DNA of 63,837 nucleotides, counting the filler, from Octopus bimaculoides (Eukaryota), in NCBI RefSeq assembly GCF_001194135.2. It is 8 parts of 6 records of this genome, joined end to end, with 100 filler letters (N's around TTAATTAATTAA, not from the genome) between each part and the next. Parts side by side here need not be neighbours in the genome. Positions count along the whole stretch, not along the records: positions 24,566 to 38,399 come from NC_068982.1; positions 38,500 to 56,327 come from NC_068989.1; 6 more parts are not named here. One strand, 5' to 3'. Position 1 is the first letter of the stretch; the number at the start of each line of letters is the position of its first letter. Below the pieces are notes generated by a model, which saw only the letters and a program-made list of their open reading frames with translations, did not search any database and was not told the DNA's origin. Shown here one piece after another: positions 25,200-39,008 of this stretch. The position numbers were made by a program, and so were the translations under genes.

Positions 25200-27690
25200 A
25201 AAGGTGACGAGTTGGCAGAATTTTCAGAGCACTGGGAAAAAAACGTCTTGCGGTATTTATTCCGACTATTTATGTTCTGAGTTCAAATTCTGCCGAGGTC
25301 GATATTACCTTCCATCATTTCGTGATCGATAAAATAACAGTTAAGTACTGGGTCAATGTAATCGACTAACCCACTTCTCTCAACATTGCTGGCCTTGCGC
25401 CATAATTAGAAAGAATTAATGGCGGTGCATAGCAGAATCGGTAGAGTGATGGACGTCATGTAATGAAATATTTAATTACAGTACTTGACGTTCCGAATTC
25501 GAATCTAACCGTGGTCAGCATTTACTGGCTTTGTTTGACTTATCTCCATCCTTCTGTGCTCAGTTAAACAAAAACTATTATGGTTATTATAATCAACAGT
25601 TCCAAGGCGGCGAACTGCAGAATATGCGGAATTTCATCCGTCTTTACGCTCTGAGTTCAAATTTCATCAAGGTTAACTTGGCCTTTCATCTTCTCGGGGT
25701 CGATAAAATGAGTACCAGTTAAGTACTGGATCGATGCAATCGCCTTACTCTGCTCCTGAAATTACTGGCCTTGTGCCAAAATTTGAAACCAATATAATCA
25801 ACAATTCCTTCAAATGCGTGGCGTTATTTTTACGTTAGAAACCATTATTTATTAGTTGGGGAAGGTGGCAATCTAGCAGAATCTGCTAGATTGCCACCCC
25901 GGACAAAATCCTTAGCAGCGTTTTGTCTGACTTTACATTTTCAGTTCAGCATCCGCCGGAGTCGACTTTGCTTTTCATCCTTTTGTAGTCGATAAAATAA
26001 GTACCAGTTGAGTACTGGGGACATGCAATCAACTAGTCCATCCTACAAAATTTCAGACCTTGTGACTTTTGTAGAAGTGATTATTGTATTCGTTAGGGGA
26101 ATGGACTGTCAGAATTGTGGTATTTATATACGGATCTTTACTTTCTGATTTCAAATCCCGCAGAGTTCAAAATTGCCGGTTATCCTTCCGGGATTAAGGT
26201 AATAAAGAAACAGCCAAGCACTAGTGTTGATGAATCGACTGTTCCCCTTCTCCAAATTCCTAGTCGTATTCTTATGGTAGAAACAATTAAAGGCAGCGAG
26301 CTGGCCCAATCATTACTTTCCGGCAATTTCTTTGAGATCTTTATGTTCTGAGTTCAAATCTCGACGTTGTCAACTTTGCCTTTCATTACCCTAGAGTCAA
26401 CAAAATAAAGCCCAAATCAAGAACTGATACGATTTAATCGACGAAATCTCATCCAAATTTATTGCTTTTGATAAAATGTTAAGCAGCATTTCTTCCAACT
26501 CTTAACGTTCTGAGTTCAAATTCCACCGAAGTCAATTTTACGTTTTATCCCTTCGATGTCGATATAATAAATACCAGTAAAGTGCCTTGGGACAAAATTA
26601 GGAAGAACTAATTAGTGCGGAGTATTGGCTGTAGCCTTAAAGCGTTTGACGAAATGCTCGATCGTATTTAGGTACATTCTAAGTTCAATTCTCACCGAAC
26701 TTTCGAAGTTGATATGATAAAGTTCCAAATCAAGTACTGTGGGAAATAGTATTGACTGTTTCAAATGCTTAGCAGCATTTCGTCTGTCCCTACGTTCTGA
26801 GTTCAAATTCCGCCGAAGTTGACGTTGCCTCTCATCCTTTCGGGATCGAAGTGGGGTCGTAGTAATTGACTTTGCCCTTCCCCCCAAAACTGTTGACACC
26901 TTTTGCCAAAACTTGAAACCAATATTATTGACTGTTTCCTCTCTCTAAAATTTCTGACCTAAGAAATGATTATTTATTTATTTATTGATGAAGGCAATGA
27001 CAAGATCGAAAGCGCTACACCGAACGATTTTTTTCACTTATATTTATTTGCGCATTCTGATTTCAAATTCTAAAGAGTCTCTATCTACCACCTACCATTC
27101 CCAAGGCATTTTTCAAGCCGAATCTATGGCAGAACCTCTTGCCCCAAAAGGTGCGTTAATGGTGTCAAAGCTGGAGCGACATAGTTGCAAAGCAAAATTC
27201 TTAATACTAAAGCCTTGCCTAAGCTATCCACTAGAGTCGAAAAAGTACCAGCCGACTGTAAAAATGGATTTACTATATTGTCTTTCTTTAAAATGGTTAT
27301 GTAATAAGAAAAAAGTAGTAGGACTTTAAAAAATAGCGACCAGTATAAAAAAACACTTTTCACTTACTTATCTGTATGTTCTCTCTTCAACCCCCACTGT
27401 GGATCAGTCTTGTTCTTCAATTGACTATCCCCATTTCATAATATTGACAGTTTGGGGCCATTAGAAACCAACAACTTAGTGGATTGGTAGAATCTTTAGA
27501 GCATAAAATAAAATTCCTTGTGGTATTTCTTCAGGCTCTTCACATTTTAGATTCAAATCTCGTCGAGATCAACCTCGCCTTTCATCAGCCGGTGTAGATA
27601 AAATAAAGTGTCTGTTAAATACTGCAATCAAGTTAAACGGCTCACTGCTTCTTCTCAAGATTCTGACATTATGCTTAAATGAAAAATAAT
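25200..27690 (+). mobile_element. Cluster of about 11-12 same-strand SINE family B copies of differing divergence
   Basis: Repeated GGCGGYGAGCTGGCAGAATC heads and TTCTGAGTTCAAATTCYGCCGAGGTCGAC / GATAAAATAAGTACCAG cores start near 25202, 25420, 25604, 25862, 26097, 26290, 26473, 26613, 26763, 26990, 27126 and 27478. Confidence 0.85.
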
Positions 27691-28773
27691 TAAGTATTTC
27701 ATATTTAAAACTCTTCCGTAAATAAACTCTTTATTTTGTTACCCTATATTCCAGTATTGATTTTTTTTTTTTTTTGCTTTAAGACGCAGGAATAGGTTTA
27801 AAGCGAGAGCATATGAGATGTTGTAGAATACATTACTTCGAGAGCAAGTGTTATACAAGTGAAATGACGGGGTGATAATCGAAACCGGTGTTCTCTTCAT
27901 TTTTACTCTAAACCATTCGGCTTTACTTTCATATATTGATTTCGATGAATCACACTGAAAATAGAACCTTTCTGGATTATAACAAATATAGTTTAAAAAA
28001 TCTTCCTTGTTTTGTCCTCCTCAGAAGGTGATCTGTCCTGTTTTTTCATAATTTCTATCCCTCTCCATTTTATATCTAGTACCTAAAATATAAGTAGTAG
28101 TTTTCATTGACATAACTGCCATTTTTTTCGCAATAGTTTTGAATCTCAGTAGTTTAAAATACTGACACAATGATTTAAATTACTTCTGTACCATGTTTCT
28201 TTTGACATTACATAAAACTTAGTCTCATGCCGTACATGTACATAGACGTCTGTTTTGTAGAGAAACAAAATTCATTGACAAAGCTAACTTCGATTTTCAG
28301 TGGTCATCCTTAGAGCTATTTGGAGACATTAACAGCAATTGTTTTAAACAATCACATATAACGACTTCCGTTTCTCATTAGCACCATAAGCCAAAGACTC
28401 TATTTAAGTTCTCATAGAGCATCAATATTTGCTTATACATACACCTGTTGTTCAAATATATAGAGACAAACAATTCTTCCTTGTTATCTAAACACAATCC
28501 TGTCGTGAAGCGTTGACTAGCATTAACACACACCACCTGCAATCTTCTACATACTCAGTGATTTTACGAAATATTTATAGATCATTTGTTCTACTTGAGT
28601 AGCCATTGAACAACTAAGAACTTGACTTCATACATCCAATATTTATTAACACTATTAAAATAACTCAAACTAGTTCCTTACTCTATGGTATCATGCCCTT
28701 ACCATTCCATTCGAGCAAACCAATTTTAACATCAACTTGCGATCAAATCAGCTTGGCATTATTATCCTAAATA

Positions 28774-28986
28774 AGGCGGTGAGCTGGCAGAATCGTTAGC
28801 ACGCCGGGCGAAATGTTTAGCGGTATTTCGTCTGTCGTTACGTTCTGAGTTCAAATTCCACCGTGGGTTGATTTTTCCTTTCATTGTTTTGGGGGTCGAT
28901 AAATTAAGTACCAGTTGAGTACTGGGTCGTCGTCATCGACTTTTCCCGAAATTTCAGGCCTTGTGCCTCTAGTAGAAAGGATTATC
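28774..28986 (+). mobile_element. Full-length SINE family B with 10-bp TSD
   Basis: tRNA-like head AGGCGGTGAGCTGGCAGAATCG with box-B-like GAGTTCAAATTCC. TSD ATCCTAAATA at 28764-28773 and 28987-28996. Confidence 0.9.
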
Positions 28987-31296
28987 ATCCTAAATACAAA
29001 TTCTATTTTAATCGGTATACCAATCACTTAGGAAGATGTTTTTCTACTCTAGTTTGAATGAAGAATGTGACATGACTATGTTGCTTTTCTAAGTAATGTG
29101 ACGTCCTTACTTTTCGAAGAGTATTACTGATGGAAATTATATGGGCCACGATCTGTATCACAACCGAAAATTTTTTTTTGTTTTCGTCAATGCGAGTTTC
29201 TGAGTTACTAAAGTTACTGGTAAGGCCACTATGACAAAAAAAGTAGTTGCAGTAAACTGGTTCTTATACTGTCCAACCCTCACTTCGATCTTTAAATTAA
29301 CATACAGTCATTCATCTATTGGCTGTGGATATACATACACGTTCACTGATCTTATTGACTCTCAAGAGACTCTGATACTCATCTTCTGACCTTCACTTGA
29401 ATACAGGCCACAGATGAACAGCCACTTACATACTGACTGTCAACACATACAATCTCTCAATCAATCTTAGAGCTCTCCACCCCTGAAATCATCTGTCTAT
29501 TTTACGTGAAAGACATCATACTACACTTGCGTAGTCACCAATGGTTAGTGTATTCTAAAGCTGAACTAAACCTTGGTTTTACATGAATATTTTGAAAGAT
29601 ATACATTGGTATGAGGATTTGAGAGAAATTCATGATTGGGAATCATAAACATAATAAGCATTTCTGTCTTGTCTCTTGTTTTGAGATACTATCATCATAT
29701 TCCCAAAGTAACAGTCATTGCCACGTTTCTTATCGGAATGTTATATATTAGAAGAATTTTAACATTGATATATTTAAGGATTGAAAACTAAATATGCCAT
29801 ACCATAAGTCTTCAATATTTCTTGACGCTTGCATGCCTTTNNNNNNNNNNNNNNNNNNNNNNNNNNNNNNNNNNNNNNNNNNNNNNNNNNNNNNNNNNNN
29901 NNNNNNNNNNNNNNNNNNNNNNNNNNNNNNNNNNNNNNNNNNNNNNNNNNNNNNNNNNNNNNNNNNNNNNNNNNNNNNNNNNNNNNNNNNNNNNNNNNNN
30001 NNNNNNNNNNNNNNNNNNNNNNNNNNNNNNNNNNNNNNNNNNNNNNNNNNNNNNNNNNNNNNNNNNNNNNNNNNNNNNNNNNNNNNNNNNNNNNNNNNNN
30101 NNNNNNNNNNNNNNNNNNNNNNNNNNNNNNNNNNNNNNNNNNNNNNNNNNNNNNNNNNNNNNNNNNNNNNNNNNNNNNNNNNNNNNNNNNNNNNNNNNNN
30201 NNNNNNNNNNNNNNNNNNNNNNNNNNNNNNNNNNNNNNNNNNNNNNNNNNNNNNNNNNNNNNNNNNNNNNNNNNNNNNNNNNNNNNNNNNNNNNNNNNNN
30301 NNNNNNNNNNNNNNNNNNNNNNNNNNNNNNNNNNNNNNNNNNNNNNNNNNNNNNNNNNNNNNNNNNNNNNNNNNNNNNNNNNNNNNNNNNNNNNNNNNNN
30401 NNNNNNNNNNNNNNNNNNNNNNNNNNNNNNNNNNNNNNNNNNNNNNNNNNNNNNNNNNNNNNNNNNNNNNNNNNNNNNNNNNNNNNNNNNNNNNNNNNNN
30501 NNNNNNNNNNNNNNNNNNNNNNNNNNNNNNNNNNNNNNNNNNNNNNNNNNNNNNNNNNNNNNNCCGATCTAACACGGGGGACATTTAACATGTGAGAACG
30601 ATAACACATTGCTCCGAAATCTATTCAAAAACATCGGGAAATGTAACAACAAGTGTAAACTAAATACTGTGATAAAATGTTATGTTGGATCATAACCAAG
30701 TATGTAATACTCATTAAAATTTATTTCTATTACCTACATTAAATGATGTATTATAAATGATTACATTCTCCAACATTCACATAACACATGTAAACACGAT
30801 CGCCAAATTACGTTTCATATCAAATGCAGGTTGCCTCCGTCCTCCACTATCATACAAAAAAAAAAAAAATGAAGAAAAATTTAAACAGTATCCGTTATTC
30901 ATCCTACGAATAACAAACAGAAAATGCATTCTTTAAACTTATTACCCAAAATGTATGAAAAATTACACGTGCAAAACTCTTTAACAGCAAAAACGATGTG
31001 ACCGGTAACCTAAGAAAATGATACCAATCTATATAAAGGGCCGAACGCTATTCCTCTTGTACTGCAAATAAAATAAAAATCATAAGTGGACACGAAAGGA
31101 ATATGTTCCTATCCTACATTCTTATTTTACAGCAGTACTGTACCCCTAAAACGAAAATACAACAGTATTGTACCACCAAAACGAAAATACAACCTAGATT
31201 TGGATTTATCGGTGAATCCTAACAAACTAGCCAACAGATAAACGATAAAGTTTTGAGAAATTGAAATAGAGTATTGAAACGGTAAAAAAATACATC

Positions 31297-33570
31297 ATGA
31301 AAAGGCAAATAGTGCCCATAGAATACTTAGCAATAAGTTCTGAAAATGTAAGACATGAAGATAGACGTAACGCGTGCAGCAAAAACGAAGTAAATAGTGA
31401 AACTCAACAACTTCAAGTTCAAGGAATCCATAATGATGATCAAAATACACCTAACCAGAGCAACGCAAACTTAAAAACTGGAAGCAATGAATTTGAAAGA
31501 GATGATTATAAGACTTTAAAACTGAACATAATCAAGGAAAAATAAAACTAGAAAAACTCAGTATGGTCCACTGATGTACTGCTCAAAAATTAGACTTAAT
31601 GATAAGACTAACAATAATTAAAAAGACCTCTAAATTTGGTTATCATAGACTTAATTGCAACAAAAGGAAATATCAATATGACCAGGCTAAATAGAATAAT
31701 ACGTGCAGCAGCCTCTGTGGTCACAAAGAAAAGTTGATACTCCCTCAAACCCATCCAAACAGGAGCATTAAAACCTAAACAAATTGTATGGAAAATTAAT
31801 ATCCGAGAAAAGTTTGGAAATGAAAGGAAAAATCTCTCAATCCTAATTGAAATTAGTAACCAAAAAACAGTAATAAACGAGAAATAAAGAAAAATACACA
31901 AAAAATCTGTAGCAAAACCAGATGAACCTAACACAAAAGAGCATCTAAAGCAAGATATCCTCATCAAAGTACAAAGAATCTGTTGGTATGAAAAATGCCA
32001 ATAATTCTTTAAACAAAATAAGCAGTTTAACTCCAATCCCCCAAAATTCCACCAAGATTTCTACAAAAATAGATTAGAGATCAATGCTACACCAGCAGCA
32101 AGACATGGGTAATAACTTTGGAAAGAAGTATGGGCGGCGGAGAAACTACCCCAGAAAAGATAAGTTAAAACAAAAGACACTAATAACAATGGAAGAGGTA
32201 ACCCAGGTACTGCAAATTTAAACAACTGGAAAGCATCCGGGCATGGCAGGATTCCCAATTTCCGGTTTAAATATTTATAAGAGACACACAAAGCACTGAC
32301 AGAGTAATTCAATGAGATGCTAACGGAATCAGAGACAACACTAGAAGGTTCACAGAAGGGAAAAAGCCATTCTAATTTCCGAATCTACTGAAACAATGAA
32401 ACCACAAAGCTACAGACCCATAAGATATCTCTCTACAACCTACAAAGCCTTAACTGCAATGATATCGCAGAGAATGGGCAGTCATTTAGAAAAAAAAATG
32501 TTTCCAGAAGAGCAGAATGGATACCTCAAAGGCTCATATGGTTGTACAGACCAGTTATTGATCAACAAAGTCATAACTGAAGACTGCTGAAAGGTAAAAG
32601 AAAGGGTCTAAACTCGACTTAGATTGATTACTGGAAGACTTTTGACCCTATTTCCGACAAATTGGTCCCTGAAAACACTCGCCATGAACAAGGTAGCGCT
32701 AACAATAATAAAATATATAAAACATGCCAAGAATAAGTGGCAAACAGTTCTGAAGCCACAGATGAAAGAGGGAATAATAAAAACTAAATTCATCCCCATT
32801 AGAAAAGGAATATTCTTAGGAGACTCAGTCTCTCTGCTTCTTTTCTGTCTAGCACTCACGCCTTTAACCGACATGCTAAACAGAACTGGATCTGGATACA
32901 ACTGCTATGGTAAATCAATCAACAATTTCTTTTATATGGATGATCTCAAGCGGTATGCTGTGAACGATATAAAAATAAGATAATAGGTATCAATACTCTA
33001 GCTGTCCCAGTTATAAGTTATAGTTACAATATTCTTAACTGGACACTAAATGAACTAGTCAAACTAGACTGGAAAATAAGAAAAATGATGACGGAATTTA
33101 GAATATAACTCCCCAAATCTGACAAAGAAAGGTTATATACCCAACGAATTGAAGGTGGTAGAGGCCTTAAACAATTAAAAAATTGCTATAAAATATCTAC
33201 AGAAATAGCCAATTCAGAACCAAGAAAAACTGGTATACAAGTAGCCTCAAACAATGGACAAAATAAAAACGATTTTTGGTCTTCAAAGAAGCTGAAAAAT
33301 ACAAGTCATAATACCTGACTACCATGAAGAAAAAGAAGAATCAACAAAAGTTGTAAAGCAACAAAAGCAACTAATATCTAAGCTAAAATTGGAACCACAA
33401 AATACTGTGATAAGACTATGGTAAGAAAAGCTCTTACATGGTAAATATTGCGATAAGCCAAGCAGAAAAGAAATAGACAAAGTAAAATCCTAACAATGGT
33501 TGAGATGCTCGGGACTGAAAGCAGAGACTGGAGGATTTTTAATCAAAAATCAAAGCCTCTCTACTAGAAG
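31297..33570 (+). mobile_element. Degenerate R4/Dong-clade LINE (reverse transcriptase)
   Basis: Fragments with many stops and frameshifts: NWKA(S)G..IPNF, PQSYRPIRYLSTTYKALT, EEQNGYLKGSYGCTDQLLINK, GIFLGDSVSLLLFCLAL, FYMDDLKRYA, RLYTQRIEGGRGL. Confidence 0.9.
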
Positions 33571-33813
33571 TCAGAAAAACACATTGAGTACAGCAAGTCG
33601 TTTCCAAATTTTTGACAAAGTGAATTGCGTCATGGTACTGTTTTTCTCACATACAGTGCCCAACTGACTATACTGTGTAGTCGACAAAATCAAAAACAAG
33701 CAATACACACGCAAAATTAAAAATATAAAATGGCGACAATTTACCCATCGCACGCTGTATATGTATGTATGTATGTATGCATGTATGTATGTACTATGTA
33801 TGTATGTATGTGT

Positions 33814-33859
<46 letters not shown>

Positions 33860-34230
33860 ATGAATGTATGTATGTATGTGTGTGTGTATTTCCATAAGGC
33901 TTCGGAGAATTCTCAAATCTTGAGGTTATCTCTGCTTCTGAAATGGAGGTGGTTTTAATTGGCATAATAATGAGGATGCATTCTCTAGAGATGGAGATAA
34001 GCTTTAATAACTGAAGAATTTATGTTTTTATTGCATGTGATATACCTTTATTTGTATATAAATTCAAAAAGGGATAAAACTCTTTTACAAGAATTTTATC
34101 AAGAAGCCAGTGTGTAAAAAAATTCAGAAAGGAAATTTCTATTCCCAAGAATATAATTATTCGTTTATATTTATATAAAGGGCATTATTACAGAAAATAA
34201 TGACGCCTTTCCCTTATGAATTTTTATTTG

Positions 34231-34261
<31 letters not shown>

Positions 34262-34384
34262 GTATACACACAAAAGTAATTAAAAAAATATACATAACTT
34301 GTTTTCATTAACTTACGTATATCATTCAAATCACACACGTTGACAGAGTAGTATCTCTTCTTCCTATTCTTCTTGACTGTGGAC

Positions 34385-34580
34385 AAACAATAGCTTTATG
34401 GGTACCAAAGATCCCGTCTTCTCTATCTAGAATAAGAACCCAGTACTGTAACAGTTTGGGTTTCAAGGTTCCACAACTATTCAACAGTCTGGCAAACAGC
34501 CTCAAAGATTTGCGTGGTGTAGATGTGGAATTCTTCAAAGAATATCTGGATCAATTTTATCTGATATAACAGATGAACCT
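34385..34580 (+). mobile_element. CR1-type LINE 3' end fragment
   Basis: RIRTQYCNSLGFKVPQLFNSLANSLKDLRGVDVEFFKEYLDQF/LSDITDEP is typical of a CR1 ORF2 C-terminus. Confidence 0.72.
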
Positions 34581-34599
34581 ACATCGTGACAGGAGTGCT

Positions 34600-35500
34600 T
34601 TCATTTGAGTTCCTGACAAAGGAGTAGTACAGAGTGTCTGACATCACGGAAGGTAGATGTCAGTTATTTGCAGAGGTGACGCTATTCGCAAGAGCAACGT
34701 GCATAGATAACTGAAGAAGTTTGAAGGAGAAACCCCACAATGAAGACAGACTACGCAGCGGGAGACCATCAATTGCAACCACTGACACAAATGGCCAGCG
34801 TGTGGACAAATTGATCTGCAGCGACGGAGGAGTCACAGGCCGTGGAATGTTGTCACAGTGTATTATAGAAGATGGTACAAAATGTATGCGAAATGGGTGC
34901 CTCTACAGTTGACATTTTATTTATAGAAGGGGAGTGTAAAAGTTTGCTGGGAATGTCTGAAGTCAATGAAACCACATATCTTTTCCCAGTCTAGGTAAAG
35001 GGGGGTGAATCGTGAACGCATTTTTGATGCAGAAACGGGAGCTCAATTCATGGAATGACGTCGCTTCTTTTTTCCAAAGACCCAGCGAGCGGCAAATAAA
35101 GCAAATTCTCTGGAGCGTGATTGTACTGTGAACAGCAAGCGGTACATCGATAGTCAAAAGGTTGAATAAAAACATTTGAAGGAAGAGGCCGAAGAAGAAT
35201 CTGAAAATGTACGACAGCACATCTTTGGCAACAAATCACGCAATCGGCAAATTGGGTTGGTAGTGATAACTCATCCACTGTACATTCTGGATCTAGTGCC
35301 CTCTGTTCAATCCAGTCAAGATTAGCCAACGGATACAAAGATTTAATGACATTAATGAGTTGAGGGTGACCGTTGTGAAGTGTACCCACTTCACAACTGT
35401 CACCTGAACCTGATATTTTCAAGTAGGATACGAGAGTTCGGTCTAACCATGGCGCAGATGTATCACTTGTGATGGAGTCTACATCGTGTAGCACTTTTGC
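34600..35500 (+). mobile_element. Degenerate mariner transposase
   Basis: Fragments EDRLRSGRPSIATTDTNGQRVDKLICSD, YKMYAKWVPLQLT (WVPHEL motif), FDAETGAQFME and HPLYILDLVPS (YSPDLAP motif). Confidence 0.85.
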
Positions 35501-36731
35501 TTAGAGGAAGAGTTGCTCTAGCAGTTTGAACGACTTATATCAGAGAAAATGTTATGTTCACTTCTACATTGTGTTGGGTATAACCATAACAGAATCACAA
35601 GAAGTTATATTCTTCAGTGGTGCTCCACAATCAAAACATGTAATGCTATTGTTGTGCTAGGGGTTGTGTTTTTCGTGTTGTTGTGATTCCTTGTTGTCTC
35701 GCTTTTGCATTACTTCGATGTGCGCGTGTGTATGTGTGTGTGAGTATGTATGTGCATGTGTGTGTGTGTGTACGTTACGTATTTCTATGCATGTATAATG
35801 TATATAAAATGTATTTATTACGTGAAGTTATATATAGAAAACAAATTCACAATAAATCAAACGATCTTACAGTACTTTTAACTTAAACATACATTAGTAG
35901 GTAATACTCTCAACAATATATAATCTTGAATTAAAAACCACAAATCTTGCAATTATAGCTGCCCATATCTTGCAATTATAGCTGCTGGAAATAATAATTT
36001 ATTCCGCCATTTATCAAGCTGAAAGTAAGACCATTTGTCAGTTGTCTGTTGAGCAGATAATGTTTAAACAAGAGACGCTTGTAAAGAAGAAGACAAAAAG
36101 GAAAACACTAGGAAGGTAACCAACATTACATTAAATCGATGTCAAGCAGACGTAAACCAGATGTTAACGGTTTACTAAATGTCTGATGGTCAACTTTTAA
36201 GTATCGACAAGATATATATTTTGAAATGTAAACAGAAAAAGTCTCGTTTCTCGAATTTATGTAATCGTTGGAAGTTCTCAAGTGTTTTAATAGACACAGT
36301 TTTTCAGTGAACACATTGAACATTTTTTAGACTCGTCAATCTAGGGTCTGGATTTAGAGAGGATTTTCCATTTGATATCGAAATTGGTCCCTTCGTCTTT
36401 AAGTTTCCAGATTAAAGCTGAGAGGGTTGTTGAATGTCGTACGTACGTACGTATGTATGTATGTATGTATGTATGTATGTATGTATGTATGTATGTATGT
36501 ATGTATGCATGTGGGCATTTATATATGCATGAGTGTATATACTTTTCTCAGGAGTACATGATTTCTCATCGTGACTCTTGTATGAAATTTTCATGCGAAT
36601 TGTGCTAATAAATATTTTCACTCCTTTAAAATGTTTTCTAGCTTCATAAACAACCCAACTCTCCCAAACCCTTATTATTTGCATGATTTCGGCAATAGTG
36701 GAAAGATTTGATACACGCAACAAATAAACAA

Positions 36732-36732
<1 letters not shown>

Positions 36733-36816
<84 letters not shown>
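36733..36816. repeat. (AAT)n microsatellite
   Basis: Directly visible. Confidence 0.95.
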
Positions 36817-36817
<1 letters not shown>

Positions 36818-38171
36818 TGATGATGAAAATAATGATCGTGATGATATGATGATGATGGTAACTACAACCACCACCACAGCAACAACAGTTTTATTAAATT
36901 TTAATGTTGTGTATCAATACTTGAAGTTATATTTTAATTCATATAATAACAACAGCTACCACAATAAAAAATATGTATCACATCAATGGATGGGGAAGAA
37001 ACTAATCTGGCTTGGCAAAACGTTTTTAAAACGACTCTGAAATGTGGCAAGGTATGGAGTAGAACCATAAAAACTGATAGAGAAAGTAAAATTATATCAT
37101 AAGGATTGAATTTATGGCAATTCCTATTTTAATCGTTCAACACATATCGTTGACATTAGCTGAGCCAATAAAAATAAGATGTTCATTTAATTTTCTCTTA
37201 AATCCTTCTTATCCGGCTTCACCTTGCGCTTATTTTTTGTGTGACATTTTTTCCCTTTAGTTTTTCTAAATTCTGTTTCAACAACTCAACAATATGACAT
37301 CTATGCTGTTATTTCCCACTGGAATTAGTTTCCCAGAGCCATTTTAATTGATGCTGCCAGCTTAATTCTTTTAATTTTTGCTTGTTTCGTGTTACATTTT
37401 CACCGCTTTCTTCAATTCCCTCAAGGCATATTAATTTTGAATCCGAATCCATTGCTGTGCTTCTTCATCCGCCTATACACACACATAATCACCAACATCT
37501 ACACACATATGCACAAACATAGAAACGCATACTCACACTGACTTCCTTCTTTCTCTTTCTTTTTTTTATTTTAAAAGTAGGCTTCACAATATAATCATGT
37601 CATCAAGATTATGTTGTACAGCATCAGATTCTGCAGAACAACAGCAATGAAAGGAAACAGAAATTTGAGCTATAGAATATAAACAGAAAATTACAAAAAA
37701 AAAATTTTAAATGAACGGATAAATTGATGAATAACCTCCAAAATTTGTAACGATAGATACAAGAAAGTAAAAACTATATAAATAAAAATATCATCAACTG
37801 GAGAAGTCCGGCTGCGTAGGATATATGGCTGCTGCTTTGTAACCTGATACTGTTCTTGTAGGCTTTTCATCGACGTTTTTCTCCCTCCACATTGTTTTGC
37901 ATTTTGTATTTCTTTTACCTTTTCTTTTCCCTTGTAATCAAACTCCTTATATTCTATATTGTTAAACTTGCAGAAAATAGAAACACCGAGCCCACGAACA
38001 AAGGTTATCAACTAGAAACTATATTTGAAAGCAACTTTCAACGAAACATTTATTCATTCAGTGAAGAGTCTGTGTATTACAGGGAATATATTCATATTGA
38101 AGCATAATTTATCGGAATGCGACGAAGCCTGAAGGACGGTATGTATGTATGTATGTATGTATGCGAATGTG

Positions 38172-38212
<41 letters not shown>

Positions 38213-38358
38213 TTTGCGATTAGAGTGTACGTTAATATATAAATATACTTACTTGGAAATGAATGTGTGGCGTTCAATCATACAAAAATATAAATGATAT
38301 GTGTGTGTGAGCGTGTGTGTGTATCTGTGTGTGAGTGTGTGTGTCTAAAGATATATAT

Positions 38359-38399
<41 letters not shown>

Positions 38400-38972
38400 N
38401 NNNNNNNNNNNNNNNNNNNNNNNNNNNNNNNNNNNNNNNNNNNTTAATTAATTAANNNNNNNNNNNNNNNNNNNNNNNNNNNNNNNNNNNNNNNNNNNNA
38501 TATATATATATGCATATATATGTATGGATATGTGTGTATATGTGTGTGTGTGCTTGTGTGTTTGTGTGTGTGTGCGTGCATCAATAATATTTGCCTGTGT
38601 GTATTCATAGATAATCTCTCTTTGTCTCTATGTCTGCCTGACTGTCTGCCTCAAGTGCATATGCATTTCGTCTGTGTAATAAACACATACAGATAAATAA
38701 ATTTAAAATTATGTCTATGTACACATATAAAAACATTTCAGTATCTCTATTCTCACTTTCACTCCCAATATAATACATACAGCAACACACAAACGCACTT
38801 TCTTGCACACACGAATAAGAATACACAGAAATATACAGATAAGAAAAATCAAACACTGACATATCTATATTTNNNNNNNNNNNNNNNNNNNNNNNNNNNN
38901 NNNNNNNNNNNNNNNNNNNNNNNNNNNNNNNNNNNNNNNNNNNNNNNNNNNNNNNNNNNNNNNNNNNNNNNN

Positions 38973-39008
<36 letters not shown>

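Noticed and set aside
25200-27690. Regularly recurring GAGTTCAAATT motif as a CRISPR-like array
   Set aside because: Eukaryotic context. The units are divergent SINE copies with homologous interiors, not repeat-spacer units.
28774-28860. tRNA gene
   Set aside because: It is a tRNA-derived SINE head only. No complete cloverleaf is seen, and it continues into the SINE body.
31608-32901. Minus-strand ORFs at 31608, 32061 and 32608
   Set aside because: Antisense shadows of the R4/Dong LINE.
35048-35494. 148-aa minus-strand ORF
   Set aside because: Antisense shadow of the plus-strand mariner relic.
35944-35985. Short local tandem duplications (also at about 31130-31193 and 58817-58857)
   Set aside because: Ordinary slippage duplications with no further structure.
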